Counted from the whole stretch's first letter, positions 49,251 through 61,885 are shown. The stretch is DNA of 63,900 bases, filler included, from Asterionella formosa (GCA_002256025.1; 12 parts of 12 records of this genome joined end to end with filler, not necessarily neighbours in it); one strand, 5' to 3'. Notes: generated by a model not told the origin, from the letters alone. A program made the numbers and translations.

Positions 49251-49450
49251 GGGTCGTTCTTATCATTCCGAATTTGCTGTATCATTTCCGGGTTGTGGGC
49301 AAAAAATGACGGTTGGTATCAAAACACGGTATCAGCAACGGTAACTTGATGGTATCAATTTTGTATCATTGATACAAAATTGATACCTTTTTTTGCTCCC
49401 TCCAAAAACGGTATCAGTGATACTGACGTTTTCACGCGGGTATCATTTCC
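49251..49450 (+). mobile_element. Harbinger-type terminus related to 22786, with (G)GTATCA subterminal array
   Basis: TAA|GGGTCGTTCTTATCATT, repeated GTATCA, and a perfect 18-bp-arm palindrome at 49351-49387. Confidence 0.7.
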
Positions 49451-49929
49451 GTTGTTACTAATAAAATAACGGAAAATACGCCTGCAGGGCAGTACTTTTA
49501 TTGACATCTACATAAAATACACAAAAATATTATGGTGTGCATCAAAGATGCACAATACCGGTACAATCATTATAGCGGCCGTGTGTGGTAATGTTCAGCC
49601 ACAACACCAAAGAACGACAACCACTGAGTCGAGAATTGAACAGATTGAGTCATGTGCATAGAGACATACCCGCTATCTAATTACAGGTACCTGGTACCCT
49701 GGTGATAAAATATATGGAATCCAACGAATCGAGAATCAATATTCTTAGTAGTGATTAGAAACCAAGACCCAAAACATCTCGTCATTTATTGACAAATGAC
49801 TGGAGATGTTTACTTATTGACAAATGACCNNNNNNNNNNNNNNNNNNNNNNNNNNNNNNNNNNNNNNNNNNNNTTAATTAATTAANNNNNNNNNNNNNNN
49901 NNNNNNNNNNNNNNNNNNNNNNNNNNNNN

Positions 49930-51393
49930 ATGATGAAAAACTTCTTACATTCAATGTTCGCCTACCTACAATCGAAGAAGCGAACTCCCACACAATTCAT
50001 TGGTTGACACCACGAATTCCCAGCAACTCATCTGAGTTGTTGAAGCAGTCATCTAGGAGGGGACGCGGAAGCATTGTTGAAGAGGAGCCAACTCTATGGG
50101 AGAAACGTCTTGGAAATTCAACTGAGATTGTAACCAAGAAGACACTCGAAGCAACAACACAGCTCTGCACCCAGACAGTTGAAATGGAGAATAGAGAAGC
50201 ACCAAGACAGCATCGAAAGAAGCGTCTAATTCCTCTTCATCCTAATTGACTTGATGGCAGGACAGATTCGGATATATTTTTCTCATCTATCAAGTCCATC
50301 TGGAACTACTCATGTGTGCAACTCTTCATTCATATTCCATCGCAATTTCTGTTTGCACATTGTATGTTTAGAGAGGCACATTCACATGGAGCATACCAGG
50401 ATTTTGTACGTGAGGTTGGAGCTCCCAACATTTTGTTGACTGATAACTCTCAAACTCAGTCAGGCACATTGTGGACCAAAACAAGCCGGGAAAACATCAC
50501 AAAACAAATCCATTCTGTCCCACACAACCAAAACCAGAACCAGGCAGAGCTCAAGATCCGGGACATTAAATCTTGAACTATTTTATCTCTACGCTTGGCA
50601 AAAGCTCCACTGACATTCTGGTGCTATTGCATGATGTGGGTTATTGATTGCCTAAATCATTCAGCACATAAGGGACTGGATTGGAGGACTCCCATTGAGA
50701 AACTTTACGGAAGCAAGAACTCCAGACATTTCTGTGTTTCGATTTTCCTTCTGGCAAGCAATCTATTACTATGAGGCAGCCAACAGCCAAGTACCCCAAC
50801 CCAAACTTTTCTTCTAGGAAGGTTTGTTGGTATCGCATGGAACCATGGAGATGCATTAACTTATTGCATTTGGACATGTCCTGATGGTAACTGGGAAAAA
50901 GGTGTTGAACTCATTCGTAATATTGTTCGACCACGAAAGGAAAATTCAGCTGAGCCTTACAGTGATGAGGTACCTTATGTTGACCTTACGCTTAAGTCCA
51001 GAATAACAAAAATGAAGGATCGTAAACGCAAAAGGAACGCTCCCACCAGTCCTATTCCTGAACCTCTAGATGAACCAGAGGATCACAATCCTATTCGTCT
51101 AGTTCATTTTGCTCCTAATCCTCAGATCATTGAAACATCAAAAGGTCTAGAGGAGCAGGGGGCGGGGAGAAAGAGGAGCAATGCACTACAACAGAAGTAG
51201 ACAACAAGCAATGCACTACAACAGAAGTAGACAACAACATATCAAAAAATCCACCATCCAACACCAATGATGTTCAGTTCGACTTTGATCCACTTGACGC
51301 AACACACGACATTGAAATGTGTGATGAGATCAATAATGAGCTAGCTGAAGAGCATACAGAGGCAACAAAGATGAGTGGTTCCAGGGTAACTGA
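49930..51393 (+). mobile_element. degenerate Ty1/Copia (diatom CoDi-like) integrase region
   Basis: KKTLEATTQ, DSDIFFS, FVREVGAPNILLTDNS, PHNQNQNQAELKIRDIK, APLTFWCY; several stops and frameshifts. 30-bp tandem duplication near 51178-51237. Confidence 0.8.
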
Positions 51394-51493
51394 NNNNNNN
51401 NNNNNNNNNNNNNNNNNNNNNNNNNNNNNNNNNNNNNTTAATTAATTAANNNNNNNNNNNNNNNNNNNNNNNNNNNNNNNNNNNNNNNNNNNN

Positions 51494-52957
51494 GAGCGGA
51501 GAATGCTCAAATGTTAAATACACTTGAAGAAAACAAAACATTTTACACTGAACGTCAATTTCAGAGAGCTAAGCGAGCTCGTGATCTATTTCATGCCTTG
51601 GGTACACCATCAATTAATGATTTCAAGGCAATAATTCGTATGAATACGATCAACAATAATCCAGTGACTACCGATGATATCAAAATTGACGAGAAAATTT
51701 TTGGACCTGACATCGGAACACTAAAAGGCAAGACAACTCGTCGCAAGCCGCTGCCAGTCGTGAACGACTACATCGAGATTCCTAAGGAGCTTATCCAAGC
51801 TCAACGTGAAGTGACTCTTTGCACGGATGGAATGAAAGTCAATGGACAATCATTTCTCACAACAATTTCTCGAAACATTATGTATAGGACAGCGCAATGG
51901 GTCAAGAATCAGACAGCTGAAGTCTATCGAGATGCTTTGATTCAGGTATTCCGTGTTTATAATACCGGAGGATTTAAAATTACAACAATCCACTGTGACA
52001 ACGAGTTTCGACCTTTGATGGAACAAATTTCCAATGAATTTCAAGTCACTATGAACTATGCAAACCCACAAGAACATGTTCCCGAAGCGGAGCGAAATAA
52101 TCGAGTGATTAAAGAACGCGTGCGCGCAGCTTATCATCGATTACCTTTCAAACATTTGCCGCGACTGATGATTAAGATTCTAGTGACAGAATCTGCAAGG
52201 AAACTGAATTTCTTTCCGGCAAAGAACGGGATATCCCCGTATTACAGTCCTCGTATGATTTTACATCAACGAAACCTGGACTATGCTCGACATTGCCAGT
52301 ATACATTTGGCACTTATGTCCAAGCACATGAAGAACCTGTGTTTTCAAACACAAATGCACCTCGCAGCCTAGATTGCATTTTTCTACGCTACAATGACAA
52401 TGTGCAAGGAGGTCATGAATTGTTACACCTACCTACAAACTCATTGATCACTAGACGAACAATTACTCCTCTACCACTTACCCCAGCAATCATGAATCAA
52501 GTACACGCCCTTGCTGTGCAGGAAAATATGCCAGATGGTCTCAAGATAGCAAATCGAACGGGGCAACTATTTTATGATAGTGCTTGGATTGCAGGAGTGG
52601 ATTATGATAATGAAGCATTTGAAGATGCACAAGATGAAGATTATGAAGATCAAGATGCTAGTGACAACGAAAGCAATGATGAAATTCTCGGAGAAGAAGA
52701 CTACGATGAAATGACTCCGGATGAAATATATGAAGCAGAACAGCTCGAATTAAACGACAATACTCAAGAGGATGACCCTGAACCTGACGAGGGCAACAAT
52801 GAGAATAATATTGAAATGAATTCAGATGAAATCCAAGATGAGGATGAAGAGCCAGCAAATGAAACTGAAAATGAAGATGCAATGTTAGAAGTCAATCCAA
52901 GCACTCAGGATGACTCAGACCCAAATGTTAGAACTACAAGGTCTGGAAGAGTCTCAA
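51494..52957 (+). mobile_element. Ty1/Copia pol fragment (integrase and acidic linker), open frame
   Basis: ALGTPS..DFK, NNPVT.DDI, IFGPDIGTLKGKTTR, IHCDNEF, EHVPEAERNNRVIKERVR, FGTYVQAHE, RTTRSGRVS. Confidence 0.9.
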
Positions 52958-53057
52958 NNNNNNNNNNNNNNNNNNNNNNNNNNNNNNNNNNNNNNNNNNN
53001 NTTAATTAATTAANNNNNNNNNNNNNNNNNNNNNNNNNNNNNNNNNNNNNNNNNNNN

Positions 53058-54521
53058 GAGCGGAGAATGCTCAAATGTTAAATACACTTGAAGAAAACAA
53101 AACATTTTACACTGAACGTCAATTTCAGAGAGCTAAGCGAGCTCGTGATCTATTTCATGCCTTGGGTACACCATCAATTAATGATTTCAAGGCAATAATT
53201 CATATGAATACGATCAACAATAATCCAGTGACTACCGATGATATCAAAATTGCAGAGAAAATTTTTGGACCTGACATCGGAACACTAAAAGGCAAGACAA
53301 CTCGTCGCAAGCCGCTGCCAGTCATGAACGACTACATCGAGATTCCTAAGGAGCTTATCCAAGCTCAACGTGAAGTGACTCTTTGCATGGATGGAATGAA
53401 AGTCAATGGACAATCATTTCTCACAACAATTTCTCGATACATTATGTATAGGACAGCGCAATGGGTCAAGAATCAGACAGCTGAAGTCTATCGAGATGCT
53501 TTGATTCAAGTATTCCGTGTTTATAATACCGGAGGATTTAAAATTACAACAATCCACTGTGACAACGAGTTTTGACCTTTGATGGAACAAATTTCCAATG
53601 AATTTCAAGTCACTATGAACTACGCAAACCCACAAGAACATGTTCCCGAAGCGGAGCGAAATAATCGAGTGATTAAAGAACGCGTGCGCGCAGCTTATCA
53701 TCGATTACCTTTCAAACATTTGCCGCAACTGATGATTAAGATTCTAGTGACAGAATCTGCAAGGAAACTGAATTTCTTTCCGGCAAAGAACGGAATATCT
53801 CCGTATTACAGTCCTTGTATGATTTTACATCAACGAAACCTGGACTATGCTCGACATTGCCAGTATACATTTGGCACTTATGTCCAAGCACATGAAGAAC
53901 CTGTGTTTTCAAACACAAATGCACCTCGCAGCCTAGATTGCATTTTTCTACGCTACAATGACAATGTGCAAGGAGGTCATGAATTGTTACACCTACCTAC
54001 AAATTCATTGATCACTAGACGAACAATTACTCCTCTACCACTTAACCCAGCAATCATGAATCAAGTACATGCCCTTGCTGTGCAGGAAAATATGCCAGAT
54101 GGTCTCAAGATATCAAATCGAACGGGGCAACTATTTTTTGATAGTGCTTGGATTGCAGGAGTGGATTATGATAATGAAGCATTTGAAGATGCACAAGATG
54201 AAGATTATGAAGATCAAGATGCTAGTGACAACGAAAGCAATGATGAAATTCTCGGAGAAGAAGACTATGATGAAATGACTCCGGATGAAATATATGAAGC
54301 AGAACAGCTCGAATTAAACGACAATACTCAAAAGGATGACCCTGAACCTGACGAGGGCAACAATGAGAATAATATCGAAATGAATGCAGATGATATCCAA
54401 GATGAGGATGAAGAGCCAGCAAATGAAACTGAAAATGAAGAGGCAATGTTAGAAGTCAATCCAAGCACTCAGGATGACTCAGACCCAAATGTTAGAACTA
54501 CAAGGTCTGGAAGAGTCTCAA
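53058..54521 (+). mobile_element. second near-identical Copia integrase fragment with a premature stop
   Basis: Colinear with 51494-52957. CGA>TGA stop at 53573-53575. Confidence 0.9.
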
Positions 54522-54621
54522 NNNNNNNNNNNNNNNNNNNNNNNNNNNNNNNNNNNNNNNNNNNNTTAATTAATTAANNNNNNNNNNNNNNNNNNNNNNN
54601 NNNNNNNNNNNNNNNNNNNNN

Positions 54622-56085
54622 TGACATTCGTAGTCACCTTGTGTCCTTGTGCTTCAATAAATAATTTCGTCCACAACACCTTTGATATGATGTCATCGAC
54701 ACCAACCAATTCTGCTTCAGTCGAACTTCTAGTGTTCACTTTCTGTTTCGTAGACATAGAATAGATAATTCCGTTTCCAAGTGACATTGTAGCTCCTGTG
54801 TGATTTTTAAAATCTTTGTGCACTGCAAACGCCACATCAATGTACCATTTAATTCTCTGAGTGTCATCAGCATTCATAAATGCAACCTCGTTCTGAGTTG
54901 CTTTCAAGAAATTCATGATCTTGACTAATTTTACCCAATCACCTTCATTCGGTTTGGTAGTTTGGGTCGCCAGAAATGCAATTCCCGGTTGAATGTCCTG
55001 TCTTCCTCGCTTACATAGGAACATTCCTTTCATAACAAAAGTATGAAATATTTTTGCTTTTTCATGTTCAAGCTTCTTTGATTTCGTATCAACTGTGAAC
55101 AGTTTATCTGTCCAAGGAAATTTTCCAACACCTTCAAGTTTATCCGGAAAATCATTAATCATTGACTTCACATATTTGGTCATGTCCACCCTCAACACTC
55201 CTGGAATAGAGTAATCTAGCATCATAGCCAAATAATCATGCTTCTTTTCACGCATGACCTTGACTTAACCAATTTCGTCAGAAGCGTATTTCTTTTTGAG
55301 CCATTCCAAAAATTGATCATTCACTTTCCTGTCCACGTGACTTGATTTCAAATCGTCTACGTGCCAAGTAACTGTGTGCTGTTTGCCATTAACAATGCGA
55401 TTTGCAACACATGGATCATATGGGTTTACCTTGAATCCAATTGACTCAATATCCTTCCGAAATTTCTTGTAATATAATAGTGATGACTGTAACATGGCAT
55501 ATAATGCCTTGATCATCCTAACATATAGGACCTTGTTGTTCCCTTCATAAACAACATGTTTTTCATAAGTCTCGGGGCTGAGTTCTGTCAACATATTGAC
55601 AAGTAAACCTATAATCTTCATAATGATTTGTTCCCCTTTTTCTTTCTCATCGATATCCACTTTCACAAATGCATTGGGTATATCTGCAGTCATAACATCA
55701 CGATTTTGCTTCGCATCAATTGTTGCTGTTATCATAACAGATTCAGTCATGGTAGTTGGACTGGCTGCTTCATCTCTTTCCATGTATTCACTTTGCGAAC
55801 TGCCATTGGCACAAGCTCTGCCTTTAATGCTCTTGTCTCTCTTTTCAACCAAAAAAATTAGACTTTCCATTGCACGTCACTTTTCGATATCGGTTAGGTC
55901 TTCAATCCTAATCGGTTCAAACACAACTCTATCATGTAGTTGTTTCATTTCCTTATAAGCAGCGTCTCTTCCTTTCTGGCCAAATTTCTTGAGGCCTTTC
56001 CTTAAGCTGTATGACTGAACAAAGTGAAATGCTTCTTTATCGATACACATCTCATTCATATAACACATTGTCTTTGCGATCACTT
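54622..56085 (-). mobile_element. Ty1/Copia reverse transcriptase and RNase H fragment
   Basis: KGRACANG, ASPT, TADIPNAF, KALY, NPYDPCVAN, TWHVDDLKSSH, RNase H WYIDVAFAVH, KQKVNTRSSTEAELVG. A few stops or frameshifts. Confidence 0.92.
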
Positions 56086-56185
56086 NNNNNNNNNNNNNNN
56101 NNNNNNNNNNNNNNNNNNNNNNNNNNNNNTTAATTAATTAANNNNNNNNNNNNNNNNNNNNNNNNNNNNNNNNNNNNNNNNNNNN

Positions 56186-57588
56186 CCGATTCCATGCGGT
56201 CCCTTAATCATGATTCCAGTTGGACCACCTTTTTCGAAGGCATATTCAACCGCTTTCGTCATATCCTTCACAATTTTAGGGCGATATAAGATTCCCCGAC
56301 TCTTACAATCATTAAACCGCACTTTTTGGAGACCATTCATCCAATAACTATCTTGGGGGGAAAAGACGGAAACAATTTGATCAGAAGAAGGTAAAGGATC
56401 ATTGGAAGGAAGCTGGTTTCGATCAATGGTATAGATATGCGATGTCTCTTCAAAACTTCGCTCTTTCTGATCCTTCTCCAAGCGCGTGAAATAATCGTTG
56501 AGCTTCCCACTTAGTAGCCCTAGTAAGACGGCAACCTCCTGATCATAGTTTAGAGTCCGGGAGGGTACCACGTACTTATCATTTAGTTTCTGGCGTTTCG
56601 TCGCTTCTTGGTCTTTTCAACAGTAGCGAGGTATTTGTATGGGATAGATGATACGAAATGATACGTGAGTATAAGGAGCTGTGAACTACAATACAATAGA
56701 AGGTATTCCATGAGATCAAAATGCGTACCAATATCAGGTGCAACAATCACGAACGCAGTCTTGCTGCTAGCTCCCCAATTCAGATGAACAACCAGACCAG
56801 GATCCAAGGTTGGATCATTAGTTCCCTCAGGAACCGGCACTTGAGTTCCAGGTGGATACACACGGAGCTGCGCTGAGGAAACACCTTGAAGATTGTCACC
56901 ACATTTAATCTTCACGGCATCCATCAAGTCAGCAATGTCATCATTCTTCTTCAAAGTAACTTTAAAGGGCGTTTGTGCTGTGTGTCCTAGAAACAACTGG
57001 AACCAAACATTCATTGTTATCGACATCATGGTTGAGGGAACCATAAAGGAGGCAACGTCCTGCTCATCATTTAGTTTCTGGCGTTTCGTCGCTCCTTGGT
57101 CTTTTCAACAGTAGCGAGGTATTTGTATGGGATAGATGATACGAAATGATACGTGAGTATTAGGAGCTGTGAACAACAATACAATAGAAGGTATTCCATG
57201 AGATCAAAATACGTACCAATATCAGGTGCAACAATCACGAACGCATTCTTGCTGCTAGCTCCCCAATTCAGATGAACAACCAGACCAGGATCCAAGGTTG
57301 GATCATTAGTTCCCTCAGGAACCGGCACTTGAGTTCCAGGTGGATACACACGGAGCTGCGCTGAGGAAACACCTTGAAGATTGTCACCACATTTAATCTT
57401 CACGGCATCCATCAAGTCAGCAATGTCATCATTCTTCTTCAAAGTAACTTTAAAGGGCGTTTGTGCTGTGTGTCCTAGAAACAACTGGAACCAAACATTC
57501 ATTGTTATCGACATCATGGTTGAGGGAACCATAAAGGAGGCAACGTCCTGCTCATCATTTAGTTTCTGGCGTTTCGTCGCTCCTTGGT
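56186..57588 (-). CDS. Crinkler (CRN/CR-effector)-type gene fragment: tandem ubiquitin-like header domains followed by the start of a P-loop NTPase
   Basis: Exons 57588-57217, 57100-56729, 56612-56186 (116-nt GT-AG introns). Header VWFQL..DDIADLMDAVKIK..L.GVSSAQLRVY..FVIVAP. The last exon ends IMIKGPHGIG (Walker A) at the contig end. Confidence 0.75.
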
Positions 57589-57648
57589 CTTTTCAACAGT
57601 AGCGAGGTATTTGTATGGGATAGATGATACGAAATGATACGTGAGTAT
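56580..57648. repeat. 488-bp tandem repeat (just over 2 units visible)
   Basis: Sequence at 56580, 57068 and 57556 is near-identical with period 488. Confidence 0.95.
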
Positions 57649-57859
57649 NNNNNNNNNNNNNNNNNNNNNNNNNNNNNNNNNNNNNNNNNNNNTTAATTAA
57701 TTAANNNNNNNNNNNNNNNNNNNNNNNNNNNNNNNNNNNNNNNNNNNNTTCTAGCCAATCTGTAATAATTGTTCCAAAATGAATTTTGGATCGATCTACA
57801 ATAAGCATAGACCTTTGACATTTGAAAATTTTTCAATAGCCAGTCAAGATATATAATAA

Positions 57860-58740
57860 AAGCATATTGAGTCATTAATGTGATTTGTTGACAATAACTA
57901 TTCACTTTTTGTCGTTGCTCCAAGACAGATCTGCTCCAAATGATCCAGTATCAATGTGGAATGGTGGGAGAAGTTGTAGACTAGCTGTGGCTGCCAGTGT
58001 GACTCCCTTTTTGTCATTTTCAACTGGAACCAAGGAGCCTTCTTGTTTTGTTCCTTTTGGTACAAGTACCTTGTCTTTACCAGGTTAGACAAGAATGAAA
58101 GTCTCATCTATGTTGAAAACATGGTACAAGTACCTTGTCTTTACCAGGTTAGACAAGAATGAAAGTCTCATCCATGTTGAAAACATTATCCACTTGGAGC
58201 TCAATGGTAATGACTGACTCCGGGCAATATCAGCCCACCATTTAACAGGAACCTTTTGTGAAATTATATTTACACGCTCAGAAAACTGAGTCCTTGAAAA
58301 AACTCTTCTAGCCCATTTACGAATACTTCCAGGATCTTTCAATAACTTCTGAAAATCTTCAGAGTAGTTCTGTTGACCAAACCGATGTCGCAGTGAAACA
58401 ATTACTAGCTACTTCAAATGAAGCAGCATCACTGACATGAATCTGGGAATGCATCAATTAGCGGATCCAATGTATAATGCATAGTTGTTGTTTTTTCTTG
58501 TGATGCTGCCAATTGTGGAGAAAATTATTTGTATTTTGGAAAACAAGTTGCTTCTGGCTTCCACTTTTTTCCAGTTGTTGCACTATTAACAAATACTTTT
58601 TCAAATATTTTGATTTGATCAAATCTTGTCTCCTGGTTTTACTAGTATGCATGACAAACAAATATTGCTTCCTCAAAGGAACAATTTTCATTATACCTTC
58701 TGGGGTTGTGGACTTGGCAAGAATTGAAATCCATTTGTAA
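57860..58740 (-). pseudogene. pogo/Tigger-like (DDE_1) transposase relic
   Basis: KWARRVFSRTQFSER..SQKVP, VFNIDET, LVPKGTKQ..KKGVTLAAT..LLPPFHI. Stops, plus a 64-bp tandem duplication at 58058-58185. Confidence 0.7.
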
Positions 58741-59312
58741 ATGTTCTCCTTTCATAACCAGCTCCTCAGAGTTTCTGTTCTTACCATGAACCCAAAAACT
58801 GCATCAAACAATATTGATAGACGAGAGGTTCCCTAAATCTTGATATAGACTGGAAGTTAGTCCTATGTTGTATTAGGTATACCATTATGTACAACATGTA
58901 TGTACCCCAATGTAACAACAATACACCCGTACCAAGTAGCTGTGGACTGTGTTTACATTGTATTTGTACCGGCTATTTATAACTGGCATCGACCGCCCAG
59001 ACTGCGCTGTACCTGAACGTACCAGGTTCGGGGGTAAAGTAGTAGAAACAACCGTATTCCTAGACTACTATCGGGTATGAAAACGACACAGATGCATGCA
59101 TGCATGATAGTGGGTTGATCGTGAGACAGAAACATGGTACCGACCGGTAAGCAAGGTTACTTTCTCACTTTCCACTTTGTCTGGGAGGCTTTTGTATCAA
59201 CATTTTTTCAGTNNNNNNNNNNNNNNNNNNNNNNNNNNNNNNNNNNNNNNNNNNNNTTAATTAATTAANNNNNNNNNNNNNNNNNNNNNNNNNNNNNNNN
59301 NNNNNNNNNNNN

Positions 59313-60775
59313 CACAACTCAGCCAACATCATCAACAACAACAACAAATGCAGCATATCCTCCTTCCCCAACAACTTCAACACCAAACAAGAACAATCCT
59401 ATGGATCCCATTTCATTTGGTCAATCGAACATGAAGGAAGCTATGGACAATGTGAATCCAAGACCAATTGAGCTTCCTGTGTAATTCATTAATAAATGTA
59501 CAAACAACTTTAGTGATGACTTGAAAATAGGTGAAGGATCTTTTGGTGCTGTCTACAAAGGCAAGGATGACAATCGGTATTTTGCTGCCTGTTAAACGTA
59601 TTCTTTTCAATATCGCTGTTGAGAACGATATAGTGCAGGAAGTTAGCAAGAGTTTTAAAATTGAATTGGAGGTGAGCTCATTTGTGGTATCTTTTAATGG
59701 ATGTCGTTTCAATTCTTTATGTTTCTCATTCTCCTCTTATTCTATTTCAGGCATTAAAGAGGTTCCAACACCCTCATATTGTATCTTTGTATGGCTATCA
59801 TATATCCCCTGGTTCGCCTTCTCAGTACCTAGTGCATGAGTTTGCATCCAGGGGTTCGCTTGATACATTCTATAAGACTGAGGAAAAAAGATCAAGTCTC
59901 TCGAGTGAGAGACGACTTCAAATCATGTTCGACTTAATTTGTGCCATCCACTGCCTTCATACTGATACAAAGGACAACCACATTCTGTTTCATCATGACA
60001 TCAAGTCGGCTAATATCTGCCTTCAACAGAACTATACTGCCAAACTGATTGATTGTGGCCAAGCCAAGTTTATGCCTGTGGATGACTCCAGTTCAATCAG
60101 TGGAATTCCTTTTTCAGTTCGAAACACATCAAATAATGGAGTCTTTGGGACACCTGGCTACATATGTCCATGGTATTCTCATGGGAGAAAGACATTTGAA
60201 GCATCATGTGATGTTTACTCATTTGGCATGGTCATGATTGAGCTTGTGACAGGCTGCCTTCAATTTGGAAGGCTTGAAGATTTCTATGAACGCTAATTCC
60301 CGGAAGATTTTGATGTGACCCCAACTCAGAAATTGGAGGCGGTAATTCCAAAATTAGAGGAGGATGTTGATCTTCTTGCAGAGGAATGGGAAGATGGAAT
60401 TCTGATCACTGTGTGCGAATTAGCCATTTGTTGCATTCAGCCCAATTGCATGAATAGGCCAAAGACTAATGTATTGGTTGAGAAACTGGGTCAACTTGTT
60501 AGTCGAACACGTCCCAAAGAAGCATACAGTGGAAATACTGGAACAATGAATGTGAATGAAAGTAAGGCACTATGTCTTGTGTGTGGCAAAGATTCTACTT
60601 TTGTTTCCATGTGCAAAGATCATTTCATATGCCAACAATGCTTTGAGGATCATGTCTATACACATCTTGGTGATGAGACCATTTGTTGCCAAATCAATGG
60701 TTGTGACAAGACCTTTTCTAAGGAGGACCTAAGCTATCTCAATAAGCTTCATGTGAAGAAACGAGATGAAAATGA
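59313..60775 (+). pseudogene. IRAK/Pelle-RLK-like kinase followed by a RING-like Cys/His domain, disrupted
   Basis: TNNFSDDLKIGEGSFGAVYKG, intron 59672-59750, HPHIVSLYGY, HHDIKSANI, KLIDCG, GTPGY, DVYSFGMVMIELVTG, then CLVC..CKDHFICQQC..CCQINGC. In-frame stops near 59482 and at 60294, and a frameshift near 59587. Confidence 0.75.
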
Positions 60776-61192
60776 NNNNNNNNNNNNNNNNNNNNNNNNN
60801 NNNNNNNNNNNNNNNNNNNTTAATTAATTAANNNNNNNNNNNNNNNNNNNNNNNNNNNNNNNNNNNNNNNNNNNNCATTAATACCTCAAGGTTAAACAAA
60901 TATATATGCTAGTCAAACAAATAATTATGTGTAACCAATTCACTTTTTCAATTTCATTCTACAATCGCAAAATCAATCAAATTAATCGCTTCGCTATATA
61001 GTAGTTTATATTGATACTTTCTATAGAACGTGATTCTCAAACCAATACGACAAGCAATGGATGTTCATTCTTGCAGCTGGATGCTGTAACGACTCACAAG
61101 ATTGCCTGGCTACTCATACTTGCAGGAGTCCCTGTTGCTAGTATCGGTAGATCAATTCATAGCAAATGAGCCGGCTGCTCATTCTCATTGCT

Positions 61193-61885
61193 CAGATTGA
61201 TTGTCTGCTGTAGAAACAAGAGGGCAACAGCATTTGCAGAGTGAGTTGATGAGATAGCAAAAGTTGCGAAGCCATGATTTCGGTTCTGTGTGCTCCTTAC
61301 CATGTTCCCCAATGTCCAACCCAGCCCTCATCAAATTGATTGTCTGCAATCAGTGAACAACGGTCGCAGAGTGAGTTCATGGACGAACAATTTTTACAAA
61401 GGCATCGTTCTTGTTGTGCTTACCATGCCGCCTGATTCCCAACAAATCCCTTTCTCAACAGATTGATTGTCTGTAGACAACAAACAGCGTTTGCAGAGTA
61501 AGTTCGTGATCAACAATTAGTAACAAGCACAAAATCAAGCCCTTCTTCTAATTCATTACAAATAGGCAATGCCTGCGCTAACAATTCCGAACAAAGACGA
61601 AGGAGAATAGGAGAGGAGATCTGCCCACAACAAGCAACAGCAAACAATATCAGCAGAAGGTAAGAAAACATTGCACTTGCTTACCATGTATACAGTTGTC
61701 CCCTATGCACCAGAGGAATCCTTTCAACAATGTAAATAACAAATGATTGATAGCCTGCCTGACACAGGATAGCCATCCTGACACAGGCAGAGCACGACGC
61801 ATTTCATTATTCCCAAGGTTCAACCCTGCCCTGCCAAAAACAGATTGATTGTCTGTAGAAAAAGAAAAAGGTTCGCAGAGTATGT
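61193..61885 (+). repeat. dispersed repeat of a 36/45-nt micro-exon-like unit
   Basis: CAG|ATTGATTGTCTG...GCAGA|GT(G/A)(A/T)GT at 61196-61240, 61335-61370 (CAA acceptor), 61462-61497, 61844-61879. Confidence 0.65.

Noticed and set aside
49930..56085. Apparent single Copia element with tandem integrases and an inverted RT
   Set aside because: The pieces lie on four separate contigs, so order and orientation are arbitrary.
56186..60775. Apparent defence island (Crinkler + pogo + kinase-RING)
   Set aside because: Three unlinked contigs; no physical linkage is shown.
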